In this document: positions 1 through 9,059 of the stretch, piece after piece | Position numbering within the stretch: the stretch's first letter is position 1 | How the letters are laid out: each line of letters begins with the position of its first letter | Assembly: GCA_030950645.1 (NCBI GenBank) | Contig: JAUZRF010000052.1 | Location: 6,427 to 70,426 of the forward strand | Length of the DNA: 64,000 bases | Reading direction: 5' to 3' | Source: Mariprofundales bacterium | GTDB taxonomy: Bacteria > Pseudomonadota > Zetaproteobacteria > Mariprofundales > J009 | Program-made: the position numbers and the translations under genes | Notes under the pieces: generated by a model | The model's database searches: none | What the model was told of the DNA's origin: nothing | The model's input: the letters and a program-made list of their open reading frames with translations, nothing else

Positions 1-1056
1 TGGCGCTCAATGCAGGAGTGGGTTGGTGGCATGGGAATCATTGTGTTGGCGGTGGCGGTGATGCCATTGTTGGGTATCGGGGGGATGCAGCTATTTCGTG
101 CTGAGGTTCCCGGACCGACGAAGGATAAGCTGACTGCGCGCGTAACTGAGACCGCCAAGGTGCTGTGGTATATCTACCTCGCGATGACGCTTTTTACGGC
201 GGTTTCTCTGTGGCTGGCGGGGATGGGTACCTTTGATGCGATCAATCACGCCATGACTACGGTGGCGATTGGTGGTTTTTCTACCCATGATGCAAGCATT
301 GGCTATTTCCATTCGCAAACGATTCAATATTTAATTATTCTGTTTATGTTGCTAGCGGGTATCAATTTTACGCTGCATTTTGCGGCAATGCGCAAGGGGT
401 TCTCTCCGAAGATCTATTGGCGAGACGACGAGTTTCGTGCCTACGGAAAGTGGCTTGCGCTCCTTCTGTTTTGCATTGCGCTGTTGATTTATAGGAATCC
501 GGATGTGGCGTGGAGTGATGAGCTGTTTAATGTGGTGTCAATTGCGACAACGACCGGCTTTGCGGTGAGTGATTATAGTTTATGGTCCCCTGGGGTGAGC
601 ATGTTGTTGTTGGTAGCGATGTTTATTGGTGGATGTGCGGGATCTACTGCCGGTGGCATGAAGGTGGTGCGGGTGCTGTTGTTGTTTCGTCAGGGGCTGC
701 GGGAGGTGCGCCGACTGATTCATCCTCACGGGGTGATTCATGTGAAGCTTGGGTCGTCAAGCCTTACTCCGTCTGTGATGCAGAGTTTATGGGGGTTTTT
801 CGTGTTGTACATGGTCTGCTTTGGCGTGGTGGCGATTTTGGTTGCTGCGACAGGGGTGGATATGGCAACCTCAATCTCTGCCGCCGCTGCTTGTATTACC
901 AATACCGGGCCCGGTTTTGGTCAGGTGGGGCCTGCGGATAACTATCTCATGCTCCCTGATGGAGCTAAAGCAGCGCTAATTTTTGCGATGATTTTAGGAA
1001 GGTTGGAAATTTTTACCTTTTTTGTACTACTGGTGCCTGAGTTTTGGCGCAAATAG
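1..1056 (+). CDS. trkH: Trk-type potassium uptake membrane subunit TrkH (5' end outside window)
   Basis: The reading frame is open from base 1. It is a multi-pass membrane protein with TrkH/KtrB-like pore-loop motifs (GMGIIVLAVAVMPLLGIGGMQLF, IATTTGF, CITNTGPGFG). The stop directly abuts the mutS ATG. Confidence 0.85.
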   Translation, partial: WRSMQEWVGGMGIIVLAVAVMPLLGIGGMQLFRAEVPGPTKDKLTARVTETAKVLWYIYLAMTLFTAVSLWLAGMGTFDAINHAMTTVAIGGFSTHDASIGYFHSQTIQYLIILFMLLAGINFTLHFAAMRKGFSPKIYWRDDEFRAYGKWLALLLFCIALLIYRNPDVAWSDELFNVVSIATTTGFAVSDYSLWSPGVSMLLLVAMFIGGCAGSTAGGMKVVRVLLLFRQGLREVRRLIHPHGVIHVKLGSSSLTPSVMQSLWGFFVLYMVCFGVVAILVAATGVDMATSISAAAACITNTGPGFGQVGPADNYLMLPDGAKAALIFAMILGRLEIFTFFVLLVPEFWRK

Positions 1057-3672
1057 ATGGCTAAACCAACCAAAGACAGTAGTGGTCAGACGCCGATGAT
1101 GCAGCAGTATCTGGCGATCAAGGCGGAGCATGCTGATTGCCTACTGTTTTATCGCATGGGTGATTTTTACGAGATGTTTTTTGAAGATGCAGTAATTGCC
1201 TCGAAGATCCTCGATATTGCGTTGACCAAGCGCGGCAAGAGCAACGGTGATGATATCCCAATGGCAGGTGTGCCGTGGCATCAGGCTGAAGGGTATTTGG
1301 CGCGACTGGTAGCGGCTGGGCAACGGGTAGCGATTTGTGATCAAATGGAGCCGGCGGGAGCGAGCAAGGGGCCGGTGCGACGGGAGGTAGTGCGCATTGT
1401 CACCCCAGGCACCATTACCGAGTCGGCGCTGCTTGATCAGTCAGCAACTGCGCCATTGGTTGCAGTGGCGTGCAAGGGTGATGATTGGGGCGCGGTGGCA
1501 GTGGATCTTTCCACCGGTGGTTGGCATCTGCAGACGGGGCATGGTGATGCGGCGTTGGAGGAGGCGTTGGTCGTGCTGCATCCTGCAGAGTTGCTGCTCT
1601 CAACCAAGTTGGAGCTGGCTTTCCGCGGTGAGGTGGTGCATCCTGGTGACTGGAGCTTTACGGCACAGGTGGCTGAGGAGTATCTGCAACGCAGCTTTGG
1701 TCTTATCGAGCTGGAGGCATTGGGGTTGGTTGATCAACCGTTATTGGCGGGGGCTGTTGGCGCGGTGCTGGTCTATTTGCAACAGACGCAAAAGCAGAAG
1801 CTGGCGCATCTGCAGCTGCCGGTGTTTCGTTCTGATACCTTCGGCTATATGCAGATTGATGCCGGTAGTCGTCGTAATCTAGAGTTGTACAGCACCCTTG
1901 GTGGCGCAAAGCATGGCAGTTTGATTGCGGTGCTGGATCAGACATCCACGCCAATGGGCGCGCGTCTATTGCGGAACTGGATTGATCGACCGTTGCTTAA
2001 TTTGGCGGAAATTCATTGCCGACAGGATGCGGTCTACAGTCTGGTTGCGGATGATACATCAAGAAACGAACTGATCGGTTTGCTTGGGGGTGTGCGGGAC
2101 ATGGAGCGCATATTGGCACGGATCGCCTTGGGTCGCGCCTATCCGCGTGATTATTGCGGCTTGGTGATGAGTCTGCTGCGGTTGCCTCAGCTTGCGTTGG
2201 TCGTTTCTGATCGTGGAGGGGTTTTTTCTGAGCTGCGTCAAAAGATGGCGGGATTGGAGGCGCTGGCTGAGCATCTGCTTGCTGCACTTGAAGATGAGCT
2301 GCCAGCACTGTTTCGCAATGGCGGAGTGATTCGTGACGGCTTTGATAGTGAACTCGATCGGCTGCGTGGTCTGGCACAGAATGCCAGCGATTGGCTAACC
2401 AATTACGAGGCGGAGCAGCGCGAGCGTACTGGTCTTGCCAACCTGCGGGTGAAGTACAACAAGGTGTTTGGCTATTTTATTGAGATATCCAAGGCTCAGG
2501 CTACCCAAGCCCCCGCGGACTATGTGCGCAAACAAACGCTGGTGAATGCTGAGCGCTTTACCACCGATGTGTTGCATAGCTTTGAGAGTGAAATTTTGGG
2601 CGCGCGCGATGCGGCGATGGCGCGCGAAGCGGTACTGGTTGAGGGTCTGCAGCGTGAGGTGTGTGGCTATGGCACGCCGATTCAGCAGGCGGCAAGTGCA
2701 GTGGCCACCCTTGATGTCCTCTGCTGCTTTGCTTACTTGGCACATGAGCACCACTACTGTCGTCCTATGCTACATGAGGGCAGTGAGCTGGAGATCGTCG
2801 CTGGCCGTCATCCGGTAGTCGAGCGTATGCTGGCGGCGGATACCGCGTTCGTGGCCAATGACTGTACCATGGATATGGCAAGCAAGCGGTTCATGCTGCT
2901 AACTGGCCCGAATATGGGCGGCAAGTCGACCTACATGCGCCAAGTGGCATGGACGGTATGGCTAGCACATGTTGGCTGCTTTGTGCCGGCAGATTCTGCA
3001 CGGGTGCCGTTGACAGAACGGCTGTTTACTCGGGTGGGGGCGGGCGATGATTTGGCTAGTGGGCGTTCCACCTTTATGGTCGAGATGGTGGAGACTGCGC
3101 GAATCCTGAACCAATTGCAGCCCCGCAGCCTGGTTATTGTTGATGAGATTGGCCGTGGTACTAGTACTTGGGATGGGTTGGCGATCGCGTGGGCGGTCGC
3201 GGATGCATTGGTGTCGAGTCACGGTGTGCTGACGCTGTTTGCGACCCACTACCATGAGTTGACCGAACTGGCACGCGATGAAGAGGTTGCGTTTAACGCC
3301 TCGGTGCTGGTGCGCGAGTGGCAAGATGAGGTGATTTTTTTGCATCGGGTTGAAGAGCGCGCTGCGGATCGTTCTTATGGTGTTGCGGTAGCGCAGCTGG
3401 CAGGTCTTCCGCCCCATGTGGTGGCGCAGGCCAAGGCACATCTACAACGACTGGAACGGCAGGGCGTTGTTGGTGGCAAGGGTGGCAAACCCAGTAATAT
3501 AAACGATCAAACCGATATTTTCGCATTGGCGGAGCAGCGCAAGCAGGAGCGTGAACTGCTGCAACTGCGGCGGCTTAGCGAGGCGGTCGCGGCCGCAGAT
3601 ACGGATCAGATGCGCCCGATTGAGGCACTTGCACTGCTTGATCGCCTCAAACACGAACAGGTAGCATTGTGA
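1057..3672 (+). CDS. mutS: DNA mismatch repair protein MutS
   Basis: 871-aa ORF. It has the N-terminal mismatch-binding signature [34 protein letters not shown], Walker [14 protein letters not shown], and the [12 protein letters not shown] and THYHEL motifs. Confidence 0.96.
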   Translation: MAKPTKDSSGQTPMMQQYLAIKAEHADCLLFYRMGDFYEMFFEDAVIASKILDIALTKRGKSNGDDIPMAGVPWHQAEGYLARLVAAGQRVAICDQMEPAGASKGPVRREVVRIVTPGTITESALLDQSATAPLVAVACKGDDWGAVAVDLSTGGWHLQTGHGDAALEEALVVLHPAELLLSTKLELAFRGEVVHPGDWSFTAQVAEEYLQRSFGLIELEALGLVDQPLLAGAVGAVLVYLQQTQKQKLAHLQLPVFRSDTFGYMQIDAGSRRNLELYSTLGGAKHGSLIAVLDQTSTPMGARLLRNWIDRPLLNLAEIHCRQDAVYSLVADDTSRNELIGLLGGVRDMERILARIALGRAYPRDYCGLVMSLLRLPQLALVVSDRGGVFSELRQKMAGLEALAEHLLAALEDELPALFRNGGVIRDGFDSELDRLRGLAQNASDWLTNYEAEQRERTGLANLRVKYNKVFGYFIEISKAQATQAPADYVRKQTLVNAERFTTDVLHSFESEILGARDAAMAREAVLVEGLQREVCGYGTPIQQAASAVATLDVLCCFAYLAHEHHYCRPMLHEGSELEIVAGRHPVVERMLAADTAFVANDCTMDMASKRFMLLTGPNMGGKSTYMRQVAWTVWLAHVGCFVPADSARVPLTERLFTRVGAGDDLASGRSTFMVEMVETARILNQLQPRSLVIVDEIGRGTSTWDGLAIAWAVADALVSSHGVLTLFATHYHELTELARDEEVAFNASVLVREWQDEVIFLHRVEERAADRSYGVAVAQLAGLPPHVVAQAKAHLQRLERQGVVGGKGGKPSNINDQTDIFALAEQRKQERELLQLRRLSEAVAAADTDQMRPIEALALLDRLKHEQVAL

Positions 3673-3697
3673 TATTTCGTATGTTTGTCAGTGGCAG

Positions 3698-4516
3698 ATG
3701 CGGGCGGCAGTAAAACAAACCATACGAGCGGTTTTGTTTGGATGGGGTGTTGCCTTGCTTCTGCTGGCAGGGCTCTCCCCATCCTATGCCGCCACCTGTA
3801 TGCCTTTTGCTGGTGAGCAGCTTACCTTTGCGGTGAATTGGGAGTTTATCAATGGTGGCAGCGCGGTCATCTCCTATCGGGATGGTGATACGGATGGTTA
3901 TCGCATGATTACCACGGCGCGCACCAACAAGCTTCTTGATATCTTTAAAAAAGTGCGCGATATAATCACCTCCGAAGCGGTCTGTATAAAAGGTCAGGCG
4001 CAGAGTGTGAGTTTTACCCTGGATCAGCATGAGCGGCACTACCGTGCCCACAAGGAGACCAAGTTTCGCTGGCGCGAAGGCAAGGTCGATTACACCCAGA
4101 ACCATAAGACCGATACCTATTCGGTTTCCGCTGGCCATTTGAGCGTGATGGATGCCTTCACTAGAGTGCGCCAGCTGCCACTGACACGCGGCAGCACCAT
4201 CCGCTTGCCGGTGTTTGATTCTCGCAAGAGCTATCTGGTCGTGGTCACCGTTGGCAAGAAGACTACGCGATTGAAGGCACCGTGGGGTGGGGTAGTCGAG
4301 TGTATCGCGGTGACACCACACCTGAAAACTGCGGGAATCTTTTCGAGTAGGGGGACGATGACCATCTGGATGACCAACGATGCGCGTCATATTCCGCTTA
4401 AGATGCGCGCCAAGATACGCATCGGCCACATTGTGGCCTATCTTACTGATTATACCCCTCCCGCGCCCGATGCGAAGGGCGTGATGCGAAGGAGCGTGCA
4501 TGACCAACAACAGTAG
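3698..4516 (+). CDS. DUF3108 domain protein (secreted or outer-membrane associated)
   Basis: 272 aa. An N-terminal signal-like segment (LLLLAGLSPSYAATC) is followed by the pattern typical of DUF3108 (LTFAVNWEFINGGSAVISY ...). It overlaps the next gene by 17 nt. Confidence 0.65.
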   Translation: MRAAVKQTIRAVLFGWGVALLLLAGLSPSYAATCMPFAGEQLTFAVNWEFINGGSAVISYRDGDTDGYRMITTARTNKLLDIFKKVRDIITSEAVCIKGQAQSVSFTLDQHERHYRAHKETKFRWREGKVDYTQNHKTDTYSVSAGHLSVMDAFTRVRQLPLTRGSTIRLPVFDSRKSYLVVVTVGKKTTRLKAPWGGVVECIAVTPHLKTAGIFSSRGTMTIWMTNDARHIPLKMRAKIRIGHIVAYLTDYTPPAPDAKGVMRRSVHDQQQ

Positions 4517-5093
4517 CGAGGGTGGCCTGTATGCCCGTATCGAGCTTTGGTGCAGCAGCCACCGGATCTGGGCGACGGCACCGGTGGTGGTGTTGCTGCT
4601 GTTGATGGCGCATCCCACTTGGTGGAGCCTGCTGTTTGGCGCGTTGGTGGTGTTGGCGGGTGAAGTTGGCCGCATTTGGGCAAGCGGGTATATTGATAAA
4701 AATGCCCGTTTGGCTACCGCTGGCCCCTACCGCTTTACCCGCAATCCGTTGTATCTATTTAATAGTGTGGTTTTTGTTGGTTTTTGTCTAATGGCAGCCA
4801 ACCCTTGGGCTGCGGTGGTCGGTCTGGCCGCCTTTACGGTGATTTATCGACCCACCCTGCGCGAAGAGGCCGCCTATATGCAGCAGCTGTTTGGTGAGGA
4901 GTTTACACGCTGGGCAGAGGAAGTGCCGCTGTTCTTGCCGAAGTGGACCCATTATCCGGCACAAGGGAGCTACGCGTGGTCACTGGTGAGGCAGCATCGC
5001 GAGCACAAAAATGCGTTGGCGATGGTGTTGGGAATCGCACTGTTTGTCGGCATCTATCTGTGGCAGGGGGGCTGCGCGCATTGCGTGCACTAG
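4500..5093 (+). CDS. Isoprenylcysteine carboxyl / phospholipid methyltransferase-family membrane protein
   Basis: 197 aa and multi-TM. It has ICMT/PEMT-family motifs YRFTRNPLYLFN and REEAAYMQQLFGEEFTRWAEEVP. Confidence 0.7.
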   Translation: MTNNSSEGGLYARIELWCSSHRIWATAPVVVLLLLMAHPTWWSLLFGALVVLAGEVGRIWASGYIDKNARLATAGPYRFTRNPLYLFNSVVFVGFCLMAANPWAAVVGLAAFTVIYRPTLREEAAYMQQLFGEEFTRWAEEVPLFLPKWTHYPAQGSYAWSLVRQHREHKNALAMVLGIALFVGIYLWQGGCAHCVH

Positions 5094-6172
5094 TTGTTGT
5101 CTGCCGCTACCTCGGTGATGTGTTGTTGGCGACCCCCTTGGCGAAATCGCTAGCGGAGGCAGGCTTTGCGGTCGAGTGGTTGGTTGCTCCGGGTACGGAA
5201 GCGATGCTGGAGAATCAACCCTTTGCCAGTCGGGTGCATACGCTATCCCCGTCGCTGCTTGGCCTGCGCGATAGTGTGCGCGCATTGCGGGCATCCTCGC
5301 GGGAAAAATTCGATCTGGCCTGTGTGCTGACCGGTTCCGATCGCCCGATTGTTGTAGCGCGATTGGTCGCAAAACGGGTCTACTCCTTGTTGCCGATGCG
5401 GGCGCAGGATGGTTGGAAGCGCCATTTGGTTACCGATTGGGTGACCAATGATGCCCCGAGCCACATGGTGAGTTACTGCGCCGATCTGGCGCGGCTGGCG
5501 GGTGTGGCCACACCCGAAAATCATCCGACGCCGTCCTTGCAATGGGATGCGGCCGATGCCGCAGTGGTGCGAGCGCAGCTTGGGTCGGATGGAGGCTGGG
5601 ATGCCGAGACACATTATGTGCATATTCACCCCTTTGCTCGCTGGCCTTATAAGCTGTGGCCGGATCGATCCTGGCAAGCACTGATGCGACGCATTGATGA
5701 AGCAGGGCTGCGTATCGTCATGACGGCAGGACCGGGTGAAGCGCAAGCCGCCCAAGCCTTGGCCGGTGGTGCAGGGATTGATGGCGCGCACTATCGGGTG
5801 CTGGCTGGCGTGCTGGCGTGGCCGCAATTGGCGGCACTCTCCGCAGGTGCCGCGCTCTATGTTGGGCTTGATACCGCCAACACCCATCTCGCCGCAGGCA
5901 GTGGTACTGGGGTGGTGGCGCTGTATGGTCCGACGGATCCTCGAATATGGGGGCCGTGGCCAGCGGATTACCCGTTGGGGCGTTCGCCGTACCGGTCATG
6001 GTTGGCTGGTGGGCGGCAATCCGCGGGCAATGTTACCTTGTTGCAAAGCAGCCTTGGCTGTGTGCCGTGTCAGAAAGAGGGGTGCGGCCACCAGCGTGCC
6101 AGTAGCAGCGATTGTTTGGAGCAAATGGGTGTGGATCAGGTGTGGCAAGCGTGTAAGGAGTGGCTGGCATGA
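5081..6172 (+). CDS. Glycosyltransferase family 9 (LPS heptosyltransferase-like)
   Basis: GT9-type N-terminus (M)RALVVVCRYLGDVLLATPLAKSL and C-terminal GLDTANTHLAAGSGTGVVALYGPT motif. I prefer a TTG start at 5081, with AGGGGG about 10 nt upstream, over the track ATG at 4943, which would overlap the previous gene by 150 nt. The start is uncertain (a GTG at 5060 is also possible). Confidence 0.75.
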   Translation: MRALVVVCRYLGDVLLATPLAKSLAEAGFAVEWLVAPGTEAMLENQPFASRVHTLSPSLLGLRDSVRALRASSREKFDLACVLTGSDRPIVVARLVAKRVYSLLPMRAQDGWKRHLVTDWVTNDAPSHMVSYCADLARLAGVATPENHPTPSLQWDAADAAVVRAQLGSDGGWDAETHYVHIHPFARWPYKLWPDRSWQALMRRIDEAGLRIVMTAGPGEAQAAQALAGGAGIDGAHYRVLAGVLAWPQLAALSAGAALYVGLDTANTHLAAGSGTGVVALYGPTDPRIWGPWPADYPLGRSPYRSWLAGGRQSAGNVTLLQSSLGCVPCQKEGCGHQRASSSDCLEQMGVDQVWQACKEWLA

Positions 6173-7878
6173 GTGCGATTTTGGGAATATATGGCTACGA
6201 CGCTCGCCGTCCGACGGTGGGGTGTCGGCACAATAGTGGTGCCGTGCTGTTGCAGGACGATGGCACGCTAAGTGTGGCCGTGGAGGAGGAGCGCCTCTCG
6301 CGGATCAAGAATGATCACCGTTACCCATTGCAGGCGGTGGAGTGTGTGCTGGCGCAGGGTGCTGCTGAGGTGGTGGCGGTCGCGGGTTGGCCGAGACATC
6401 GCTACTTGGGGCAGGCGCTCTCCAACTACCGGTTGTGGGCAAGCGAGGCGATTCATGGTCGTGCCGCGCGCCATTTTTGGAACCGTGCCTTTGATTTTCC
6501 CTTCCACGCTTTGGGTGCGGCCTATATGGGATTGCCCTCGGTTCCCGATAGTTTAGCAACCTTGCCGAAGCACACCGTGCGCCACCACGATGCCCATGCT
6601 GCCACGGCATATTATACCTGCCCGTGGCCAGATACGCCGGTGTTGGTCATCACCTTAGATGGTGCTGGGGATGCGGAGTCTGGTGGGGTCTGGTTGGGTG
6701 AAGCGGGGCATTTGACGCGGCTCTGTTCTATTCCGCATCCGCATTCGCTGGGTTTTATCTACTCGGCGATCACGGCGCATCTTGGTTTTACCCCCCATCG
6801 CCATGAGGGCAAGGTGCTGGGTCTGGCCGCCTTTGCGGATGGCGCACCATTGGGTGAGAAGCTGTTGCAGCACCTTCACTTTGCGGATGGCTACCCCCAG
6901 TTGGATCGACTATTGCTCAACATCGCTTATGGCCGTTTTGCTGAGCCAACCATTCTCGAATTGGTTGCGGGGCTGAGCAGGGAGGAGATTGCCGCAGGGG
7001 TGCAGTACTTTACTGAAGCGGCGGTATTGCCATTGGTTCAGCATTGGGTGGCGCAGACTGGAGCGCATCGATTGGCGCTGGCTGGTGGGGTATTTGCCAA
7101 TGTGAAGCTTAATCAGCGTGTGTTGCAGCTCGAGGTAGTGGAAAACATCTATATTTACCCCAATATGGGTGATGGTGGGTTGGCTGCGGGCGCCGCCCTT
7201 GCCACCTTGGCGAAGCAGCAGGGGAAATTGCGGCCACGCGCGATGGATTCGGTCTATTTGGGGCAAGATATATCCTCAGATGCGGCGGAAGCAGCGTTGG
7301 GGGCGGCGCAGGTGGCCTTCACCCAACCCAGTGATTTGGCTGGAGAAGTGGCGGAATTGTTGGCGCATGGCAAGGTGGTGGCGCGGGCAGCGGGTCGCAT
7401 GGAGTATGGCCCTCGGGCGCTGGGTAATCGCACCCTATTTGCCTCTTGTGGCGATCAGACGATCAACCAGTGGCTCAATGATAAGCTGCAACGCACTGAA
7501 TTTATGCCATTTGCTCCGATCATTATGGAGGAGTATGCGGCTGAGTATTTTCCGGAGTGGCGGCCAGAACAGGTGGCGGCGCGTTTTATGACCCTGACCT
7601 ACGATGCCTCTGATGTGGCCAAAGCGAAGATCCCGGCGGCGATTCATGTTGACGGCACCGCACGGCCACAAGTGCTGCGTCGGAAGGATAATCCGGCGGT
7701 TTATGCCATTCTTGAGGCATACCATGCCCGCACCGGTGTTCCGGCATTGATCAATACCAGCTTTAATATGCACGAGGAGCCGATTGTCTGCACCGCCTCC
7801 GATGCGGTGCGTGCCTTCCAGCTTGGCCATCTCGATGCGCTGATCTGCGCTGATCTATTGGCTGTGGCGCAGGGCTAG
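6169..7878 (+). CDS. NodU/CmcH-family carbamoyltransferase
   Basis: N-terminus MSAILGIYGY...HNSGAVLL...EEERLSRIKND and C-terminal INTSFNMHEEPIV are characteristic of carbamoyltransferases. ATG 6169 lies 8 nt after AAGGAG and forms an ATGA overlap with the GT9 stop. Confidence 0.85.
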   Translation: MSAILGIYGYDARRPTVGCRHNSGAVLLQDDGTLSVAVEEERLSRIKNDHRYPLQAVECVLAQGAAEVVAVAGWPRHRYLGQALSNYRLWASEAIHGRAARHFWNRAFDFPFHALGAAYMGLPSVPDSLATLPKHTVRHHDAHAATAYYTCPWPDTPVLVITLDGAGDAESGGVWLGEAGHLTRLCSIPHPHSLGFIYSAITAHLGFTPHRHEGKVLGLAAFADGAPLGEKLLQHLHFADGYPQLDRLLLNIAYGRFAEPTILELVAGLSREEIAAGVQYFTEAAVLPLVQHWVAQTGAHRLALAGGVFANVKLNQRVLQLEVVENIYIYPNMGDGGLAAGAALATLAKQQGKLRPRAMDSVYLGQDISSDAAEAALGAAQVAFTQPSDLAGEVAELLAHGKVVARAAGRMEYGPRALGNRTLFASCGDQTINQWLNDKLQRTEFMPFAPIIMEEYAAEYFPEWRPEQVAARFMTLTYDASDVAKAKIPAAIHVDGTARPQVLRRKDNPAVYAILEAYHARTGVPALINTSFNMHEEPIVCTASDAVRAFQLGHLDALICADLLAVAQG

Positions 7879-7880
7879 GA

Positions 7881-7916
7881 GATGCTTTTTCACCACGAAG
7901 GCACAACGGCACAAAG
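7881..7916 (+). repeat. Short repeat R (gatgctttttCACCACGAAGGCACAACGGCACAAAG), related to both arms of the inverted repeat at 20867-20961
   Basis: Aligned by eye to 20872-20892 (same orientation) and to the reverse complement of 20932-20961 (ccaccacaaaggcacaaaggcacagagg). Both loci start immediately after a stop codon. Confidence 0.5.
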
Positions 7917-7921
7917 ATTGG

Positions 7922-7972
7922 GTAATTACTCAGCACCCTGCCCAAAAATGGCTATAACTGCTGAGTAGTTAC
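7922..7972 (-). repeat. MITE-family remnant (copy A): long-form tail plus fused termini, with the palindromic core deleted
   Basis: GTAATTACTCAG-caccctgcccaaaaatggct-ATAACTGCTGAGTAGTTAC. The reverse complement matches the outer 12 bp plus the last about 39 bp of the 153-bp copy at 9056-9208, and about 98 internal bp are missing. Confidence 0.75.
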
Positions 7973-7973
7973 G

Positions 7974-9059
7974 ATGACGCTCCATATCCTTGAACCCACC
8001 CTGATCAACGATTCCGGCCACTGCTATACCGTGGCGCGGGCGTTGATTGATGTTGCCGTGGTTAGCGAGCCGGTCACGCCGATCCATCTATGGGCAGGCA
8101 GGCAGGCGGAGGCGCGGTTGATTGATCTACCAACGGTGCAACTCACGCCCTGCTTTTCGCGGAAATTGCGGCGCATTCAGCTTCATTTTCTGCTCAGACG
8201 GCTGTTGCGTGCTGGGGAGAGTGTGTTTGTGCTTACCGCTTCGCGGGCGGAGCTATTCTCCTATGCCATGATTCCAAAAGCTCTTCGTCAGCGTGGCAAT
8301 GCCGTCTTTTATGTTCATCAGATGCGGATGGATGCCAAGCGCCTTCGGCGTTTGCAGTGGATTGCCCGCCGAGCGCCGGAGATGCGTATTTTGACGACCA
8401 CCGAGGCGTTGGCGCAGTCGATTTCCCAAGCGGGGTTTGCGCAGGTGCGTTGTCAGCCTTATCCCCTTGCGCTGCCCGAGGCGCTGCCTGCGACACCGCC
8501 GTTTCGCCATCTGCTGTTTCCTGGGATGGCACGGATGGATAAAAACCTAGCTTTGGTGGCGGAGGTCATTGGGCGGATGCATCAGCGTGGGTGTACTATT
8601 CCGGTGCATCTGCAGGCGGCACCCAACCATCACGGTGAATTTGCGCCGGATGTGGCGGCATTGCTGCAAAAGATTCGTCATATCGGTTATCCCCATTTGA
8701 CGATGCCGGAGCAGGCGGTGGATGGTGCAGCGTACCTGGATCAGTTTCGTGGCGCGATCTGTTTGCAGCCCTTCCATCGTGACCAATATGCAGATAAAGT
8801 GAGTGGAATTACCCTTGATGCCTTAGGGCAAGCGTGTCCGGTGGTGGTGCGCTCCAGGATTTGGGCGGCTACCATGGTCACCCGTTATGATGCAGGAGCG
8901 GTGGTGGATGGTGACGATGCCAACATCTGGCTCGATGCCATTATCGCGGTGATCGCCGATTACCCCCGTTATCAGGCGAACTGTTGTCAGGCGTATGCAG
9001 AGCTTCGTCAACAGCACGATCCGGCACGCCTATTCGCCGCAATTATGGATACGGTGTAA
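7974..9059 (+). CDS. Uncharacterised protein, possibly a GT-B-fold glycosyltransferase
   Basis: 361-aa ORF in the LPS-type cluster. I recognise no strong family motif. The C-terminal segment (VSGITLDALGQACPVVV) weakly resembles the nucleotide-sugar binding region of GT-B enzymes. The stop codon TAA (9057-9059) lies inside the MITE terminus. Confidence 0.6.
   Translation: MTLHILEPTLINDSGHCYTVARALIDVAVVSEPVTPIHLWAGRQAEARLIDLPTVQLTPCFSRKLRRIQLHFLLRRLLRAGESVFVLTASRAELFSYAMIPKALRQRGNAVFYVHQMRMDAKRLRRLQWIARRAPEMRILTTTEALAQSISQAGFAQVRCQPYPLALPEALPATPPFRHLLFPGMARMDKNLALVAEVIGRMHQRGCTIPVHLQAAPNHHGEFAPDVAALLQKIRHIGYPHLTMPEQAVDGAAYLDQFRGAICLQPFHRDQYADKVSGITLDALGQACPVVVRSRIWAATMVTRYDAGAVVDGDDANIWLDAIIAVIADYPRYQANCCQAYAELRQQHDPARLFAAIMDTV

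Noticed and set aside
3647-4675. 342-aa ORF on the minus strand
   Set aside because: It is entirely antisense to the DUF3108 and ICMT-like genes, which have recognisable motifs. The translation is Arg/His/Pro-rich and low-complexity, as is typical of shadow ORFs in GC-rich DNA.
4943-5080. N-terminal extensions offered by the ORF track (GT9 from 4943, serB from 20763, nuoD from 49925, nuoE from 51250, BolA from 35365, grxD from 35834, htpX from 45557, nuoA from 48654)
   Set aside because: The extensions overlap upstream genes or repeats and lack family-typical sequence. Internal starts give canonical N-termini, often with a Shine-Dalgarno sequence or ATGA coupling.
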